47,517 nucleotides of DNA from positions 1 to 47,517 of the forward strand of contig JADGIG010000017.1 in NCBI GenBank assembly GCA_018985235.1. Reading direction: 5' to 3'. The stretch is from Sanchytrium tribonematis (Eukaryota). This document shows, piece after piece, positions 43,527 to 47,517 of the stretch. How positions within the stretch are numbered: the first letter of the stretch is position 1; every line of letters starts with the position of its first letter. The notes beneath the pieces are model-generated. The model was not told the DNA's origin. It worked only from the letters and a program-made list of their open reading frames with translations, and searched no databases. A program made the translations under genes and the position numbers.

Positions 43527-44249
43527 TTATTGGTCATTAATACTTGAGTCAAATTGTCTTTGTAATTTTAACTGTAGAACTTCCAACTTGAGCTCTTCAA
43601 TTTGTAAAGTGAGAGCAGTTTGGGAGGTCAGTTTATCAATGAACTTTCTATGCTCTTGTTCTGAGCACTGATTTTGTTGTTCAATCATAGCTTCAAGTTC
43701 TGTGATTTTGCTCTGTGATATTTTACTCTTAATTGTGCTATTTTCTTTCAAAGATTCAAATTTCGCTTTAAACAATTCCATTTCATCACTGTTTTCATTC
43801 ATCAACAATTCAATTTCGTCTTTGTGCTCATTACTCAGCAATTCAAGTTCGTCTTTGTGCTCATTATTCAGCAATTCAATTTCGTCCTTGTGCCCATTTT
43901 CGAGCGATTCAACTTTTTTTTTAACGATATCAATGTGCTGATTTTTAATCGAATCAATTTTTCTTTTAAAGAGATCAATGTGCTGATTTCTAAGCAATTC
44001 GATTTTTCTCTTGTACAAGTCAATCTCAGTGTTGTGCTCATTTTTTAAAGAAGCAAGATTGCTATTAAGTAGTCCAATGAGAACACTGTGATCGTTTTTT
44101 AGCATTTCAATTTGCCTCTCATATCGATTCTTTAACACATCCAGACTATTTTGGTGTGCTGTACTTAATTCTGCCAAATTTCGATCAATTTCTCTAATTT
44201 GCTGTTCAGTGTAATCTGGTCTTGATTCTTCATTAGTCAATGATACCAT
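43527..44249 (-). CDS. Coiled-coil protein with 11-residue repeats
   Basis: 240-aa helical ORF; N(E/G)HKDE(I/L)ELL repeats. Confidence 0.7.
   Translation of the reverse strand: MVSLTNEESRPDYTEQQIREIDRNLAELSTAHQNSLDVLKNRYERQIEMLKNDHSVLIGLLNSNLASLKNEHNTEIDLYKRKIELLRNQHIDLFKRKIDSIKNQHIDIVKKKVESLENGHKDEIELLNNEHKDELELLSNEHKDEIELLMNENSDEMELFKAKFESLKENSTIKSKISQSKITELEAMIEQQNQCSEQEHRKFIDKLTSQTALTLQIEELKLEVLQLKLQRQFDSSINDQ
43770..43900 (-). repeat. 33-bp coding tandem repeat, three close copies plus a degenerate fourth
   Basis: Plus-strand unit caattcaa(t/g)ttcgtc(t/c)ttgtgc(t/c)catt recurring at 43806, 43839, 43872. Confidence 0.9.
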
Positions 44250-44463
44250 TTCTTTCTGGTGCAACTTGCTCGTTCATATACAAATTGGCCTTTTTTTTGA
44301 TTGGATAATTTCCAATATAATATGAAACAAACGTCCTTATTTAGGATTTATATGAAATTTCAAAACAAGATTATTTATTTTTCAAAATTAATATACTATC
44401 TTCCCAATTTCACAAAGAACATAGACAATTTAATAAGAACGTCTTAACACCAACTTTAGGTGA

Positions 44464-46698
44464 TTAGCCCCAAACATTATCAAATACAACATCCGGAATA
44501 TTTTTCTTAGACGGGCTTTTGTCAAAGTCATCAAGTTCTGGAGACTCAAACGGTTTTGGGGGTGATTCGGTTTTAAGTGGAGACTTTTGAGGCGATTTTT
44601 CAGGGGCTTTAATTGGAGATTTCTCTTTCGTAGGAAGATTAGACTTCTCTAATGTCTTTTCAATTAGTTTTTCGTTCTTGTTCAATTGATTCATTATTTC
44701 ATCTAATATTCCATATTGTCCAACATCCACCATTCGTAGCATTGTCACAATTTCAACACATGAGTTTTTCAAAGCAATATCAAGTCCCATTTCTCCGTAT
44801 CCATTCATATGGTCCTTGTTTCCTCTTTTCAGCAACTGGGCGCACTGATAAACCATATTATGCATTGCACAAATGTGAATTAAACCATTGCCATTAGAAT
44901 CAACAAAATTAAGTAAATTGTTTTCAGTTCCCCATAAAAAGCACATTTCAATCAAAATGGCATGTTGTTTGTGAAATATAGAATGAACATGCGGTTTCAA
45001 AGATGCGCCACTCAGTAATGCGTGTAAAATAACAGACAAATTGTTAATATTGGAAGTAGTTTTGAGCAGTCTATTAACAGCATCGTCTAAAATCATTTGC
45101 GCTTCAGGTAATTCAATCAAATTTTTCTTAAATTTATATTTTTGAGCAATGTGATCCACCCGGACAGTTCTCGTGCTTTGACTAGGTATTCTGGTAGAAT
45201 TATCAACAGGTTTAAAGTGAGAATTCATTTCATCATTTCCAAGTTGAATCAAATATTCCATTTGATTAGAAGACCAGTCATCCAACGGGATGCTCTTCAC
45301 TTTACTGATGTGAGTTCCAAATGATCTATGAACTCCACTGCATTCGATGCAAATCAAAATACCCAAATTCACAGAGGCCCATTCAGGATTTTTTGCTGTG
45401 CAATCACAACAAGTTTGGTTACCCTCAACTTTGTAAAGAATACTCAAAAGATCCTTGGGAGGACTTGCGTCTTCGCTATCGTCGATTTGCGATTCATTCT
45501 CGCTTTCCGATTCATGTTCGACTCGGTTAAATGCAGATTCAATTCCTTTGGTAATCCACTGCACCCACTGCTTACATTGCAGTTCATTTTCACAATAAAA
45601 TACATGAGAGACTTTAGAGTTATTGACAGAATGTTGAATTTGAAAGGCATAGGGATTAATGGGCTTACAATTACATTGTTTTAGATCCAATACAAAACTA
45701 TCTGGATTCGTCAAATTAGCGGACGCATTTCTCAATCTACTTGTCAAATGAGTTGACATCTGACTTGTCATTTCACTTAATGAATTTTTATGAAGTTGTG
45801 GAGAAGGAATAGATCTCAGCATGCCATGCTTAATTTGATAATAAATAAATTGATTTGATTTCATGTAAAACAAGTGACCACTGTAATGCGTTGCATGTTT
45901 GATGTTTAATGGATTATACTGAAATTGGGATTGTATTTCTACTGCCTTTGGCTCAGCTTTTTCGCCTTCACTCTCAGGCGCCTTTACGTCCGGGGTTGGT
46001 TCTTGTGGTTTTTCAGAAATTTGGTGTAGTGCAACACTTATATTGCCCAATTCAACTCGGAAATCATTTAACAAATGATGATTCATTTGAAAATAATTGA
46101 ACAAATAAAGTAAATACATTGTGTTATTTTCATGATATCCCACTAAATTTGGGTATTTTAAAGCATAAAGTAAAGCATGATAGGACTGGATGGTAGAAGA
46201 TCTACTAGATTCTATTAATTTTATCAAATTTATATCTACTTGATTCATTGCCAATTTATGGATATATTCAGATGCCAGTTTGTTTGATTTTCCATGATTG
46301 TCAATAAATTGAGATTTGATTAAATTAATATTTTGCAACTGGATAGGCTGAAATTGTAAAGAATGTATCAGAATATCCAAAGAATTTAGATGGAAGGAAG
46401 TAAATGCGTGGTGATATCTGAACAACTTATCGATGTTGGGACTAAGATTGTGATGATCGTCAGTAAGCTGATAATTTGTATCATTTTTGTCTGTCGAATG
46501 CGACTCACGGTCTATTTCTTTCAATACATCTTGAATCGCAGATGTTGTTTGACTTAATAATTGTGATTTTCCTCTTAATTGGGTATATAAATTGGAAATA
46601 TCTCCTTGGATTTGATTGTATTTACTTATTAGCTGATTAAGCTTATGATAATTTTGTTCCAGATGGACGACTTGTTGAAATTGAAATGGAGTAAACAT
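44464..46698 (-). CDS. ArfGAP of ACAP/Age1 architecture (helical N-terminus, PH, ArfGAP, ankyrin)
   Basis: PH ending ECKQWV-like helix, GNQTCCDC..NPEWASVNLG..ICIECSGVHRSFG.HISKVKS, ankyrin repeats, KSP-rich tail. Confidence 0.92.
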   Translation of the reverse strand: MFTPFQFQQVVHLEQNYHKLNQLISKYNQIQGDISNLYTQLRGKSQLLSQTTSAIQDVLKEIDRESHSTDKNDTNYQLTDDHHNLSPNIDKLFRYHHAFTSFHLNSLDILIHSLQFQPIQLQNINLIKSQFIDNHGKSNKLASEYIHKLAMNQVDINLIKLIESSRSSTIQSYHALLYALKYPNLVGYHENNTMYLLYLFNYFQMNHHLLNDFRVELGNISVALHQISEKPQEPTPDVKAPESEGEKAEPKAVEIQSQFQYNPLNIKHATHYSGHLFYMKSNQFIYYQIKHGMLRSIPSPQLHKNSLSEMTSQMSTHLTSRLRNASANLTNPDSFVLDLKQCNCKPINPYAFQIQHSVNNSKVSHVFYCENELQCKQWVQWITKGIESAFNRVEHESESENESQIDDSEDASPPKDLLSILYKVEGNQTCCDCTAKNPEWASVNLGILICIECSGVHRSFGTHISKVKSIPLDDWSSNQMEYLIQLGNDEMNSHFKPVDNSTRIPSQSTRTVRVDHIAQKYKFKKNLIELPEAQMILDDAVNRLLKTTSNINNLSVILHALLSGASLKPHVHSIFHKQHAILIEMCFLWGTENNLLNFVDSNGNGLIHICAMHNMVYQCAQLLKRGNKDHMNGYGEMGLDIALKNSCVEIVTMLRMVDVGQYGILDEIMNQLNKNEKLIEKTLEKSNLPTKEKSPIKAPEKSPQKSPLKTESPPKPFESPELDDFDKSPSKKNIPDVVFDNVWG

Positions 46699-46904
46699 AG
46701 TGTTTTAAAAATTTATTACGGATAGCGATTACATGGTTATTAATTAACGCAAACAAATCAAACTTCTAGAATTGCAATGTTTTTGATCAAGATGCGATGC
46801 TGCTTATTTTACTCAATAGGTATTTGTCGCATTCAATTTATTTTGAGATTATACTTAATAATCGGTAGCGATTCTAATTTATTCACCTATTATCCGAAAC
46901 AAGA

Positions 46905-47517
46905 ATGAGTCAAGTGACAGATATTAAATTTCCATCAAGCGAAAGCCCTCCAGACAAGTGGAATTTTCTTTCTTATGAAATAAATACTGCAATTGCAAGA
47001 GAATATAGGTCGACTGTTACAGTTTTAATTCAGAAACCATTTGAAATTGGAAATTATGACCAAGAGTGCAAAGAAGTAATGGAAAAAGCCACAAAAGCTT
47101 ACATCCCGGCAATAACACTGGCAAGCAAGAATAAGCGCAGAGAGTTGACAATTGAGTTTAACAATTTTCATGTTATTTACAATTACCCTTCAAAATCAAA
47201 CTTTGATGATTATGATTGGAAGGTTTTCACTGAGTCACTTGAAGAATTGGGAAAATTCAAAATTGAGGACATTTCTTGGGAGAAAATCAGGAACCGACTT
47301 GAAAATTCATGAAAGGGACCTGAAATTCTCATTCTTATAAAAGACATTAAATTGCTGATTAGAAAATGGCCAACATTTGATGATTTTGCAAGTTCTATTA
47401 AAAATGCCTGGTATAAATGGATTTATGGCTTGCCAGTGGAATTGGAGCAAAATGCATGGAAGGAGTATAAGCAGTTTGTCGGCATTTCTATCGGGTTAGA
47501 AAATTTGAATACTAATG
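46905..47517 (+). pseudogene. Hypothetical gene with a TGA at 47310-47312; the same frame stays open to the window end
   Basis: 135 codons, TGA, then 68 further sense codons (KGPEILILIKDIK...LENLNTN). Confidence 0.45.

Overview
AT-rich (roughly one-third GC), extremely compact EUKARYOTIC genomic DNA, most consistent with an early-diverging, probably zoosporic fungus or close relative (inferred from Sla2, Rax1-like RGS, STR2-type cystathionine gamma-synthase, GT90/CAP10, fused single-chain urease, ADAM and a CatSper-type channel). About 25 mostly intronless genes sit tens to a few hundred bp apart. The standard genetic code is used (TAA, TAG and TGA all terminate genes). Two conserved genes (GAPDH, Sla2) are each split by a 19-nt GTAATT...TAG intron, near the lower size limit known for spliceosomal introns. 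Several start codons share a CTCCTTGT-N8-ATG motif, and stop codons overlap AATAAA signals. A ~7.7-kb gene-free island (18.8-26.5 kb) is a patchwork of decayed transposons: pogo, piggyBac, Ty3/Gypsy, Merlin/IS1595-like, and a Tc1 element with intact TIRs and TA duplication. Also notable are a 2316-aa protein with two different SF1 helicases (Upf1/Sen1-like + UvrD/TRANK1-like), a CatSper4-like channel, tandem orphan 7TM proteins and an orphan protein with a duplicated Cys/His module. All calls come from motif recognition by eye; no searches were run.
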